The notes beneath the pieces are model-generated. The model did no database searches, was not told where the DNA came from, and saw nothing but the letters and a program-made list of their open reading frames with translations. Below are positions 15,613 to 25,080 of a stretch of 64,000 bases of DNA, piece by piece. The first letter of the stretch is position 1; each line of letters begins with the position of its first letter. Both the position numbers and the translations under genes were made by a program. Location: positions 62,001 through 126,000 of IMG/VR virus record IMGVR_UViG_3300045970_000794. One strand, 5' to 3'.

Positions 15613-15780
15613 AGTTGTGACGGAATGATGATTTATAGATAATTTTACGTGCTACCTAGAAACACCAGTTTTTCACACAGACCACCCGTGAACCCCTTTA
15701 TAACGTAATCATGTTACCCACTTTTTTTAAATTCTCTCATCCGCATAGCCTTTCAGCATTTTTTCATCGGACAAATTAAT

Positions 15781-15846
15781 TAGGAAAACTGGAAGAAAAA
15801 CCCGCCGTTCAAATCTAAATTTTTACGGTTTGCAGAAATCATTCCT
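15781..15846 (-). ncRNA. stem-GCAA family small RNA
   Basis: AGGAATGATTTCTGCAAACCGTAAAAAT...TTTTCCTA. Confidence 0.55.
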
Positions 15847-15924
15847 TACACTTCTTCAAAGAACTAGTTCTTAAATTTATAAAAGTTTGTAACTTAAATA
15901 TATTTTTAGAACGAATTGACTTTG

Positions 15925-15976
15925 CAAATTTACAAACTATTTTATTAAAAAGCAAGTTTTTTTGCAATTATTTTTT
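15925..15976 (-). promoter_or_regulatory. promoter of RNA operon 2 (near-identical to 6863-6912)
   Basis: Direct comparison; one extra T. Confidence 0.75.
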
Positions 15977-16244
15977 AATTATTTTTCTTTTCATTCATTT
16001 CCAATGGTTTAACCATGATAAAAATATGGTGTCTGAGTTGGATATGGTGAAAAACTCTATCCACAGAGTAATATGGTCCATTATAATTAAAATAAACTAT
16101 ATCACCTTCATTTGGTATTAATTTTGATTTAAACCTAACTTTCAACGTTTCATGATTACCATCTTTACCAGCAATCGCAAACGTAATGATTGGCTTCCAA
16201 CTCATCAACCAATGATATGTTATTACAACCCATTTAAATAGCAT
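15975..16244 (-). CDS. hypothetical protein
   Basis: 89-aa ORF (true start may be internal). Confidence 0.5.
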   Translation of the reverse strand: MLFKWVVITYHWLMSWKPIITFAIAGKDGNHETLKVRFKSKLIPNEGDIVYFNYNGPYYSVDRVFHHIQLRHHIFIMVKPLEMNEKKNN

Positions 16245-16429
16245 TAATCTAGATTTTTTTTGGATTGAATGTAAATGGCTTTCTTTTTATTAAGCCTTTT
16301 CTTAACTGATGGTTTTTCGAAATAAACTAAACCCTTTAGTTTTTCAACTAATTTAGTTTTTTTAACCTTAACTTTGAATATTTTTAAGGCTTTATCTATA
16401 CCACCATCTTTTACTGGTATTATTAACAT
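16244..16429 (-). CDS. rpsU: ribosomal protein bS21
   Basis: IPVKDGGIDKALKIFK.KV.K...YFEKPSVKKR. Confidence 0.85.
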   Translation of the reverse strand: MLIIPVKDGGIDKALKIFKVKVKKTKLVEKLKGLVYFEKPSVKKRLNKKKAIYIQSKKNLD

Positions 16430-16433
16430 ACGT

Positions 16434-17036
16434 TTATTTATTTAATTTACTCGTTATTTTTCGTAGTAATCTATCAGTTGAAGTGATTTGAGGAAGAACA
16501 TCAATCATATCACCACCATTAAATATGATGATATCAGATTTAGCCATTTTTTCATCATCACTCATCTGATTTGAGATTCTATCCATTATTTCAACCTCAC
16601 TTAATGTACCTCTAGTCACTGCCCGCTTAATTCTAAGTTCAAGTGGGCAATATACTGTAATAATAAAATCAAAATTAGACTCACCATTAGTTTCAAATAA
16701 TATTGCAGATTCACATAAAATATATGGTGATGTTTGTTCATTAACCCATTCTTCAAATTTTTGACGAAGAACTGGTAATATTATTAAATGTAATTCACTT
16801 AACTTTGATTTATCATTAAACATGATACTACTTATTTTTTTTACATTTATTTTATCAAATTCATCATAAATATCTTCACCAAAAAGTGCCTTAACTTTTA
16901 ATTTCACATCTAACACATCATAACAAGCCTTAGCCTCAATGTCTGTATTATATATTGGAATACCCAAATTATTGAATTTTCGGCAAACATATGATTTACC
17001 ACACCCAATACCGCCAGTAATTGCTACTTTTATCAT
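16434..17036 (-). CDS. coaE: dephospho-CoA kinase
   Basis: KVAITGGIGCGKS...IYNTD...ESAILFE...KSDIII.N. Confidence 0.9.
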   Translation of the reverse strand: MIKVAITGGIGCGKSYVCRKFNNLGIPIYNTDIEAKACYDVLDVKLKVKALFGEDIYDEFDKINVKKISSIMFNDKSKLSELHLIILPVLRQKFEEWVNEQTSPYILCESAILFETNGESNFDFIITVYCPLELRIKRAVTRGTLSEVEIMDRISNQMSDDEKMAKSDIIIFNGGDMIDVLPQITSTDRLLRKITSKLNK

Positions 17037-17038
17037 AA

Positions 17039-17878
17039 TTAATCAAATAAAATTTTACTAATAGGTTGAATAGCCTTTTTATGTTTAAATTTATACTTAT
17101 TATTCCCAAGTAATTGAATTATCTCAAGACCCAGATTGGAAGCTTTAACCGTATCCTCATAAACAACAAACTCAGTAGCACTATGCCAATCATAATATCC
17201 AGCAAACAAATTCATACAATTAAAATCAAAACTGCGTTTAATCGCAAATACATCGGTAAATGGGTCAGTATCTCGAATATTAGAAATACCATATCTTAAT
17301 AATATTGGGTCAACTAGTTTAAAGAACTCTCTATTAAATAGTTGCGTCCTATTTGAAACATATGATAACCAATCAGAACCTGGTGCATCAAATTCAATCG
17401 CATATCCAACACTATTGAATATATCAACATCAGCATTTCTGGAGCCAAGACAACCAATTTCTTCACCTTTAAAAAATGCACCAATAATATTATCAGTTTT
17501 ACTTATTATATCTAAACAAATTGCTATACCAGCTTTATCATCACCGCCAACACCAGTAATAGAATCTATACCTTGTTTTAATGGGTTCAGTGCCGTTAAA
17601 ATAGTTTTATTTTTATAAAATTTTTCATTGATTTTTAATTTTACATCTTTTTCAACCAGCTCACGATGCTCTTGAACGGTATCCATATGTGCAATCACAC
17701 ATGGGAAATACTCACCTTCACCAACTTTACCTTTTTTAAGATAAACATTACCATATGAATCAAGAATTACTGGTATAGAATTTTTAACTCCCCAAGAAAT
17801 TAAAAAATCAATCATCCGTTTTTCATAGTTATAAACGGTTGGAACTGCTAGTACTTCTTTCAATAATTCTATGTCCAT
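17039..17878 (-). CDS. M20/M28/M42-clan zinc peptidase-like protein
   Basis: AHMDTV...GGDDKAGI...EEIGCLGS...EFD...YYDWHSATE. Confidence 0.75.
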   Translation of the reverse strand: MDIELLKEVLAVPTVYNYEKRMIDFLISWGVKNSIPVILDSYGNVYLKKGKVGEGEYFPCVIAHMDTVQEHRELVEKDVKLKINEKFYKNKTILTALNPLKQGIDSITGVGGDDKAGIAICLDIISKTDNIIGAFFKGEEIGCLGSRNADVDIFNSVGYAIEFDAPGSDWLSYVSNRTQLFNREFFKLVDPILLRYGISNIRDTDPFTDVFAIKRSFDFNCMNLFAGYYDWHSATEFVVYEDTVKASNLGLEIIQLLGNNKYKFKHKKAIQPISKILFD

Positions 17879-17995
17879 AATTTAATTTTTATGCAAAGAT
17901 ATGTAAATTATATGTAAAAACCAAATATTAAAGTATTTATTTTAAAATAAAACTCATTATATTGAAATAATAACAATTATTAAAAAACATTAATT

Positions 17996-18145
17996 ATGTA
18001 TCTATTCGGATGTGGATGTGGTAAAAAGAGAGATAATGTAAGGACTAGACCACAGGTAACTAAACCTGTTCAAACCCCTACACCTCCACCAACTAATCCA
18101 CCTAAAACAAACCAATCAAACGGCTACCAAGGTCAAGGTAGTTAA
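17996..18145 (+). CDS. small protein with GCGCGKK motif and Pro/Thr-rich tail (49 aa)
   Basis: Manual translation MYLFGCGCGKKRDNVRTRPQVTKPVQTPTPPP...; followed by a terminator at 18148-18174. Confidence 0.6.
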   Translation: MYLFGCGCGKKRDNVRTRPQVTKPVQTPTPPPTNPPKTNQSNGYQGQGS

Positions 18146-18176
18146 AATAAAAAGCCAGATTACTCTGGCTTTTTCG

Positions 18177-18755
18177 TCAATAATTAATTGAACATTTGCG
18201 GTCTTCCCAATAATCATGTATTATTTTACAAAAATCAAGCATTTCTTGATGAGTCATATTATTTTTAGTATGATTAGCACTTATACTAATAAATTGAATA
18301 TTTCCTTTAATGTACCCTTTTTTAGAATCAATTCTGTCTAATGAAGCGGTATTATTATAATTGCAACCACATTCATTTTTTCGATTGGATTTATGTTTTA
18401 ATTCAACACCAGTATAAACACATAAACCTTTTTGTGAAGTCCACTGAGTTAATAAATCATCTAGGGTTATTGTACATTCAATATTTTTTTCTTTTTGTCT
18501 AATTTTTATACGTCTTAGATATTCTCTAAATTTAGTATATTCATCACATTTAATAATCTTTAAATTTTCATTGTGTTGACCATAGAAATTTTTTAATACT
18601 TCATAATAGGTTGCACTACAATTTAAAGAACAAAAATTTTTCCTACCAATTTTATTATTGCGTCTAACTTCAGAACCATCTTTCATAAATTTAGACCCAC
18701 ATTTTTCACAAATAACTTCAATTTGTGGTCGTTGATATTTCTTTTTATTTTCCAT
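18177..18755 (-). CDS. HNH-like endonuclease
   Basis: CEKC...CSLNC; CVYTG...ASLDRIDSKKGYIKGNIQFI...N..K. Confidence 0.8.
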   Translation of the reverse strand: MENKKKYQRPQIEVICEKCGSKFMKDGSEVRRNNKIGRKNFCSLNCSATYYEVLKNFYGQHNENLKIIKCDEYTKFREYLRRIKIRQKEKNIECTITLDDLLTQWTSQKGLCVYTGVELKHKSNRKNECGCNYNNTASLDRIDSKKGYIKGNIQFISISANHTKNNMTHQEMLDFCKIIHDYWEDRKCSINY

Positions 18756-18950
18756 AATAATAAATATCCCCACAATATAAAAACGCCCAGCTCCACGTGT
18801 CATAAAATAAAAAAAGTGCCATTGGCACTTTTCATATTAATATAAACCAAAATGTTAGTTTATCATAAAAGTAATAGTTTGTTAGTATTTAGTCGAATTT
18901 ATTCAATTCGTGTAGTGCATACCACGTACAGGTAACTAACCTAATGCACC

Positions 18951-19364
18951 TGGAGTTGGAGGGTAATGAACCCTCGTCTTACGAGCTCTTCAATAATATT
19001 CTACATGCTTAGGATTAAGTTTTCTTACTTACCAAAAATATTTAGTTGATTTATGTCACGGTTCAACTACTAAAACCGAGTGTTAATTAGACACCGACAC
19101 TACGGTGCTTTTTTTGTCATTCTTACTCTACTTACACTAAACTAAGTAAAGACTCAGCTTAATGTCATTGAGCAATGACCCGTCTGGCTTCAGTTAGGCA
19201 GCCATCGCCTCTCCAGCAAAAACACCACATGTGGCGTTTGCAAGGAAGTTTTCGTCAACAGATAATTCGTTGCCAGTTACTATTTTGATAGGTTTTTAAG
19301 TGTTTCCATCTAACACTGCATGCTAATTATTTACGACTACACGTAATCTAATCATTTCAACCCC
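18951..19364 (-). ncRNA. ssrA: tmRNA
   Basis: 5' GGGGTTG / 3' CAACTCC-A with G3:U70, T arm GAGGG-TTCATTA-CCCTC, tag ORF 19274-19194 ending AA*. Confidence 0.9.
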
Positions 19365-19412
19365 GTGTTCTGATAAATATAGCGATTTATCAGAAAATGT
19401 AAAGAACGTTAA

Positions 19413-20078
19413 TTATATTTTCTTTTTTGAAACAACAATTTCATCAATGATACCATAATCCTTTGCCTCAACAGCTGTTAACCATTTATCTCTAGTTGCA
19501 TCAGCTTTAACTTCATCAGCAGTTTTACAACAAGCATCACCTAAAATACCGAAAAGAATATCATTGTATTTTTTAGTTTCAGACATTGTAATTTCCATAT
19601 CTTGAATATTACCAACAGCACCAGCAGATACTTGATGTAACATTACTTTACTATAACGTAAACTAGAACGTTTTCCTTTAGTACCTTTAGCCAATAAAAT
19701 TGAACCCATAGATGCGCACATACCAGTATTAACTGTTACTATATCACATTCAATTATATCCATAACATCAACAATTGAAAGTCCAGATTTAACACATCCA
19801 CCTGGTGTATCAATATGCATTCTAATGTCTCTCTTTTCTTGATTATCCATAAACATTAATTGAGCTTGAATAATACTAGCCATAATCTCATCAACAGGTC
19901 TGGCAATCCAAATAATTCTATCCATCATTAACCTAGAAAAAATATCCATTTGGGTTACCCTTAATTGTCTTTCTTCTAGAATATAAGGTGTCATGGAATT
20001 CTCATATCGATATAGATTCAACCCAGAAATACCAGCATGCTTAGTAGCATATTTTTTAAATTCATCGTGTTCACTCAT
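19413..20078 (-). CDS. clpP: ATP-dependent Clp protease proteolytic subunit
   Basis: DIFSRLMMDRII...IDTPGG...CASMGS...MLHQ...RDKWLTAVEAKDYGIID. Confidence 0.95.
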   Translation of the reverse strand: MSEHDEFKKYATKHAGISGLNLYRYENSMTPYILEERQLRVTQMDIFSRLMMDRIIWIARPVDEIMASIIQAQLMFMDNQEKRDIRMHIDTPGGCVKSGLSIVDVMDIIECDIVTVNTGMCASMGSILLAKGTKGKRSSLRYSKVMLHQVSAGAVGNIQDMEITMSETKKYNDILFGILGDACCKTADEVKADATRDKWLTAVEAKDYGIIDEIVVSKKKI

Positions 20079-20090
20079 ATTTTTTTTAAT

Positions 20091-20350
20091 TTAAGTTGTG
20101 TGTATAAATAATGGTGTATTATCACCGAACCAAGCTGAAAGTGTATTAAATTCGAAATATTCTACAGCTTCTTCATATTCCATTCCTTTTTCAACTAATA
20201 TGTTAATGTATTTATCATAATCATATGTAACCACAGCATTAACACCATTCCAACCCTATAAGCTATACCAATAATAGCTTCCTCGTATTCATCATATAAA
20301 ATAGCTTCTTCATTATGTTCAGCTACTTGTTCACGTGTCCATTCACCCAT
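20091..20350 (-). pseudogene. small phage protein, frameshifted
   Basis: MGEWTREQ...EEAIIGIAYRVGM then another frame NAVVTYDYDKY...YFEFNTLSAWFGDNTPLF; 260 nt is not a multiple of 3. Confidence 0.6.
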
Positions 20351-20352
20351 TA

Positions 20353-20835
20353 CTAGAATACTTCACTATCATTAGAATCATTAACTTTCAAATCTGGTTC
20401 AGAATCTGGGTCAATTTCACCATCTTTTTTCTTTTTCTCGTGTTCAAACAACGTTTTAATTGTTTCATGCACTCTTTCACAGATTGGGAAAGTATATTTG
20501 TTGATTACACCAGTGTAAACGCACATATCTGGTTTCTCAATTGTGATTTTACCACTTTCAAGACTGCAATGTATACCAGCAATTAATGTTTCAGCAACAA
20601 TAAGTTTTTGCTGTTCTTCTAATTTATCAAAGATAACTTCATTAATTACAATGACAATATCAATACTTGTCATATGGGTAACTAAATCATTAGCTTTAAT
20701 AGGTTTACCAATTTCTTTTAATGAATTATTGGCCAAAATTTTAATACTAATTTTACTTTCACCTAAACTAGATGCTTTTATTACTTGATTGAAGATTTCT
20801 TCATTCTCATGCTCAATTTCATTATATGTTGCCAT
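20353..20835 (-). CDS. hypothetical protein, resembling putative phage metallopeptidase fold without HExxH
   Basis: DIVIVINEVIFDKL...KITIEKPD pattern. Confidence 0.45.
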   Translation of the reverse strand: MATYNEIEHENEEIFNQVIKASSLGESKISIKILANNSLKEIGKPIKANDLVTHMTSIDIVIVINEVIFDKLEEQQKLIVAETLIAGIHCSLESGKITIEKPDMCVYTGVINKYTFPICERVHETIKTLFEHEKKKKDGEIDPDSEPDLKVNDSNDSEVF

Positions 20836-20880
20836 AAAAATAATTTAATTTAATATTATTGTTTGGCAAAAATACTATAT

Positions 20881-21912
20881 TTATTTCCCTTTGTCCACTA
20901 ATTTCTTCATTTTTTTTAAAATTTCTTTATATTCACTTGAAATATTCTTCGGAACTTCTATACTAGTAACCACATACAAGTCACCTCTACCTTGATTACC
21001 TCTAATATTTAATCCTTTACCTTGTAATCTAAATTGTCTATCAATATCAGTACCCTCTGGTATGTTAATTTTAACAATCGAGCCATCAATGGTTGGAACT
21101 TCAATATCAGAACCCAAAACTAATTCATAATATTTAGCTTTATACTTATAAATTAAGTTATTTTCACTCCTAATGAAGATATCATGAGGTAATTCTTCAA
21201 TTAAAATGTGTAAATCACCAGGTTTATCACCTTTTCTAATTTCACTTCCCCCACCATTAGAAACAAATGTATCACCATTAATTAAACCACACGGTAAATC
21301 AAACTCAAACTCAACTTCATTCATTAACGTACCAGACCCACCACATTTTTCACATGGTTTTAGTATAATTTCACCCTCACCACCACAACTTCTACATACA
21401 AAACTTTGATGTATAATACCCATTGCCGATTGTTGAACTATTGTTTCCATACCACTTCCATTACACACTGTACATGACTTAAAATCACCGCCAGTTCCAT
21501 GACATGAATCACACTTAATTAACCTATTATATTTAATAGTCTTATGTGTACCATTGTGAATATCCTCTAGTGTTAGACTAACTTTAACTCTAAGCGTTTG
21601 TCCAACCCTAATATTACGTTGTTGACGATTTCTACCCATGAATTGATTAATAATATTATGAATATCAACGTTTGATGCGTTATTTTGATGTCCTCTTACG
21701 GAACCAGTAGTATCAAACATTTGTTTCTTTTCTGGGTCAGATAGAACTGAATATGCATCAGAAATCTCTTTGAATTTTTCTTCAGCTTCTTTATTATCTA
21801 GATTTTTATCTGGATGATATTGAAAAGCCTTTTTCCTGTAAGATTTTTTAATTTCTTCGTCAGTTGCATTTCTTTCAACACCTAAAATAGCATAATAATC
21901 TTTATTTTCCAT
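20881..21912 (-). CDS. dnaJ: DnaJ chaperone
   Basis: J domain with HPD; four CxxCxGxG repeats; C-terminal domain. Confidence 0.95.
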   Translation of the reverse strand: MENKDYYAILGVERNATDEEIKKSYRKKAFQYHPDKNLDNKEAEEKFKEISDAYSVLSDPEKKQMFDTTGSVRGHQNNASNVDIHNIINQFMGRNRQQRNIRVGQTLRVKVSLTLEDIHNGTHKTIKYNRLIKCDSCHGTGGDFKSCTVCNGSGMETIVQQSAMGIIHQSFVCRSCGGEGEIILKPCEKCGGSGTLMNEVEFEFDLPCGLINGDTFVSNGGGSEIRKGDKPGDLHILIEELPHDIFIRSENNLIYKYKAKYYELVLGSDIEVPTIDGSIVKINIPEGTDIDRQFRLQGKGLNIRGNQGRGDLYVVTSIEVPKNISSEYKEILKKMKKLVDKGK

Positions 21913-22387
21913 TTATTTGTAGTTTAAGTTCTTTAATAATTTTTTCTTTAATACCAGTTTGTTTAATACCTTGCATCCATTTCGGACAACATACGAAATA
22001 CTCTAATTGGAACATTAATAAATCATCAACAGCTACCCACGCTAAAATTTCATCTTTATTGCGTTCTAAATAGAGTGTTATTTCTTCAATTCTACCACCT
22101 TCTAAATTAGTTGGCGTATATCCACCAGAATTTGGTGTAATATCAATAACTGGTGCTTTTATATTGTAATGTGCGAACATTTCTCGTAGATTATTAATAC
22201 TAAATTGATTCCTCCAATCTGAACTAATAACTATTTCATATGGTATCTCATCATATAAAGCATTTAATACATCACAACATTTTTTATCGAGTGGTGGGCA
22301 TAGACCCCATTTGGTTAGTTTTGATTTACACCAACCAACAGAAATAACACCATCAATATCAAGAAATATAACAACTCTTTTTTTCAT
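21902..22387 (-). CDS. HAD-domain (Swiss-Army-Knife RNA repair-like) phosphatase
   Basis: IFLDIDGV...IVISSDWR...WVAVDD. Confidence 0.75.
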   Translation of the reverse strand: MKKRVVIFLDIDGVISVGWCKSKLTKWGLCPPLDKKCCDVLNALYDEIPYEIVISSDWRNQFSINNLREMFAHYNIKAPVIDITPNSGGYTPTNLEGGRIEEITLYLERNKDEILAWVAVDDLLMFQLEYFVCCPKWMQGIKQTGIKEKIIKELKLQINGK

Positions 22388-22444
22388 TTTGCAAATATAA
22401 TACTTTTTTATTTATTTTCCAAAAAAAATGTATATTATTATCAC

Positions 22445-23107
22445 ATGTATCGAATTATTTTAGCTAAAAACAAAAAACATAAAAAAATACTGTTCAAATC
22501 TAGGGATAAAGATTTGACTTATGATGAATTTAATGCATTAATTGAAGAGAATGTTGTATTATTCCCAAAAAAATTCGTTAACTATAATACTATCACCCCA
22601 GTCCAATATGAAATATTAATAATAAAAAGACGTAAAGATGGTGATATTAATAGAATGGTTAGAAATGATTTGGGGCAACTTGTTGAAGAAACAACAACAT
22701 CCGCAAAATGGATTATAATAGATAAACACCCATATTACATGGAAGAAACATTCTGGGTGTGGGGTTTTAACCATAGGTCAGACCGTTTCGATGCAAAACG
22801 AATTGTTCAAGAAATCTTATTAAAGAACATTCGTAAAAAACATATGGTAAAGCAAGTTGTAATTGTCTATAATAAGCTAATTATACAGTCAGATTCAGAC
22901 GATTTTAATCTAATCATATGCAAGTGTCAAAATGATGCTGTTCGTCTTCACAACGCTTTAAAACAAGCCGTATCAAAATCCAGAATAAAAAACATAATTT
23001 TCTTTGGATTAGCTAAGCCAAAACAAATTAGTGATATGTATGAAATCATTATGGAACATACTGGTTGGGACCGAATGCAAGTTAGAAGATTAAGTACAAG
23101 GCATTAA
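22445..23107 (+). CDS. hypothetical protein
   Basis: 220-aa plus-strand ORF. Confidence 0.65.
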   Translation: MYRIILAKNKKHKKILFKSRDKDLTYDEFNALIEENVVLFPKKFVNYNTITPVQYEILIIKRRKDGDINRMVRNDLGQLVEETTTSAKWIIIDKHPYYMEETFWVWGFNHRSDRFDAKRIVQEILLKNIRKKHMVKQVVIVYNKLIIQSDSDDFNLIICKCQNDAVRLHNALKQAVSKSRIKNIIFFGLAKPKQISDMYEIIMEHTGWDRMQVRRLSTRH

Positions 23108-23634
23108 GGACCTGGTGTTATAATTTCATCATCCTCAGCTTCATTCAAATCTACTTGACCAACATCAAAATTTTTAGCAATTTCATTAATTACATCATTA
23201 ATTTTACTCATATCAGCTGGCTTAATTTGAATTGGATTAATGCATTCAATTCTTTCTTTATCATCAGTTGGTAGGAAGAATGCCATCATATTTGCTTTAC
23301 GAGCTGCAATTACATCATTCACTGATTGAGCGTAAGGTGCCATTATTTTCGGATTCATCATTAATTCTCGGTCCAAATAAAATACTAGTATTAATGGGTG
23401 TGACTCACTTGCAGTGTACTCTGATTCTTCATCTTTTTGTTTAATATATTCATCAAATGAAACATATTCATATTTTTCTAATGGGATATCGTATTTCCTC
23501 ATTAATTCAGATTCTTTATCTAATTTACCATTTTTATCCTTAACAAATTCATGACACTCAATTGAATTATCATTATCATCTTTTAAATAAACTAGATAAA
23601 CGTCATCCCCAGTGCATTTTGTAACTACTTTCAT
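23104..23634 (-). CDS. hypothetical protein
   Basis: 176-aa ORF. Confidence 0.65.
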   Translation of the reverse strand: MKVVTKCTGDDVYLVYLKDDNDNSIECHEFVKDKNGKLDKESELMRKYDIPLEKYEYVSFDEYIKQKDEESEYTASESHPLILVFYLDRELMMNPKIMAPYAQSVNDVIAARKANMMAFFLPTDDKERIECINPIQIKPADMSKINDVINEIAKNFDVGQVDLNEAEDDEIITPGP

Positions 23635-23703
23635 ACTATAATTTTAATGTATTATTATTATAGCGTAATAATATTTAAAATTTTTGAATTAGTAAAGGAT
23701 ATT

Positions 23704-23738
23704 AAAAAAAAATGGCCACAATCGTTAGATTATGACCA
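23704..23738 (-). terminator. terminator after vWA gene and small RNA
   Basis: TGGTCATAATC/GATTGTGGCCA plus T run. Confidence 0.7.
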
Positions 23739-23753
23739 ATTTTTAACTTGAGA

Positions 23754-23903
23754 CAGAATGGGGGAGTCGTTTACTTCAAGATTCCGATTAGAAGGTTTTT
23801 TTTGTTTCACACGTTTATAGTGCTCGGTAGAATAATATCTAAAACTACCAACGGATTACAGTTATTAACATTTTCATATTTTTACCGTTGCCGCAATCAT
23901 TCT
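23754..23903 (-). ncRNA. stem-GCAA family RNA directly downstream of the TROVE/vWA gene
   Basis: AGAATG-ATTGCGGCAACGGTAAAAAT...CATTCTG. Confidence 0.6.
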
Positions 23904-23914
23904 TTACTCAAAGT

Positions 23915-24988
23915 TTATCCTAGATTGATATTTGCATATCTTTCTGACTTAACAACATCCATCATCATTGCATATGGAGTGAAATCTTTACCAGCTAATA
24001 ATGATTTCAAAATCGATGGTGAAAATCCACTTACGAGGCAAGTACCTTTTTTATCAAATTGTACTGGGAAATTGTCGTTTCTAGCGTGCAAGTTCCAATA
24101 TACAATTTTAGGTAATACGTAACCAGCATCTGCATACATTCTTTCAACCATTGCTTGCGCAGTATCTGAACGTATAGTAGCACTATTGAATTCCATATCT
24201 GAGAAAATAATCAACATAGTTGGCATTTCATCAGCTGGTACATTGTGCTTAACCGCTTGATTTAAAACCATACGGTACATAGCTTCAATATCAGTACTCA
24301 TTTCCCAATGAGCACGTTTCAATTGACTATATCTATCGCTCAAAGAACCCTTCAAGTACTGTAACTCTGGTCTTGAACTGAAAGTAACGAAAGCGTCCTT
24401 GAACATACCAACATTTCTTTCACTGATGTAAAGACCAAGTGAGATACATACGTCCATACATGTAAGTGTTCCACCACCAGCTGGGCAAGTCATTGAACCT
24501 GATACATCACAAACTGGTAACAATCTTTCCTTATTACCTTCAAGAAAATTAGGTAAAGCATTCCACTGTGCGTCAGCACCGTTAGAATTACCGTTATTAA
24601 GATTTTTGATGATATCGTATGGGTATACGGCACCAGCATTAATCTTAGTTTCACCTTTCTTCAATGAATCTAAGTATTTTGTGAATCTTTCGTAATCTCT
24701 CTTACCGAAAGCTTTCATATAGCCAGAGATAGCCTTTGATGGAAGTTTGCTATATTCAATAGCATCCCAATCTTTAGAACACATTTTTTGTTCAACAGTA
24801 TTTGACATTCTAACCAATAACTGTCTGTATTCTTTTGGAGACAAACCTAAGTATTTTCTCAACATAGTTGCTTGTAATTTCTTAGTTCTATCACCAACAT
24901 GTGGTCTTGGCATCCACTTAGCAACCAAACTCCCCGTCATTATTTTTAACGATAATAAACTTTTTAATTCTTCTTTTTTCGTTTTCAT
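23915..24988 (-). CDS. TROVE/Ro60-like DUF2828-type protein, C-terminal piece with vWA domain
   Basis: AKWMPR...NTVEQKMC...INAGAVYPY...CDVSGSM (MIDAS)...IFSDMEF...VYWNL...SGFSP. Confidence 0.85.
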   Translation of the reverse strand: MKTKKEELKSLLSLKIMTGSLVAKWMPRPHVGDRTKKLQATMLRKYLGLSPKEYRQLLVRMSNTVEQKMCSKDWDAIEYSKLPSKAISGYMKAFGKRDYERFTKYLDSLKKGETKINAGAVYPYDIIKNLNNGNSNGADAQWNALPNFLEGNKERLLPVCDVSGSMTCPAGGGTLTCMDVCISLGLYISERNVGMFKDAFVTFSSRPELQYLKGSLSDRYSQLKRAHWEMSTDIEAMYRMVLNQAVKHNVPADEMPTMLIIFSDMEFNSATIRSDTAQAMVERMYADAGYVLPKIVYWNLHARNDNFPVQFDKKGTCLVSGFSPSILKSLLAGKDFTPYAMMMDVVKSERYANINLG

Positions 24989-25080
24989 ATATTTTCATGT
25001 TAAATTGTTCGATAATTATTTATCTTTTTCAAATATTAACTATATTTATTATTAGGCATCCACTTAAAACTTTTATATTT

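Noticed and set aside
14030-15850. Single large ornate RNA (GOLLD/ROOL)
   Set aside because: The region resolves into separately closed small modules interleaved with tRNAs; this cannot be fully excluded without an Infernal search
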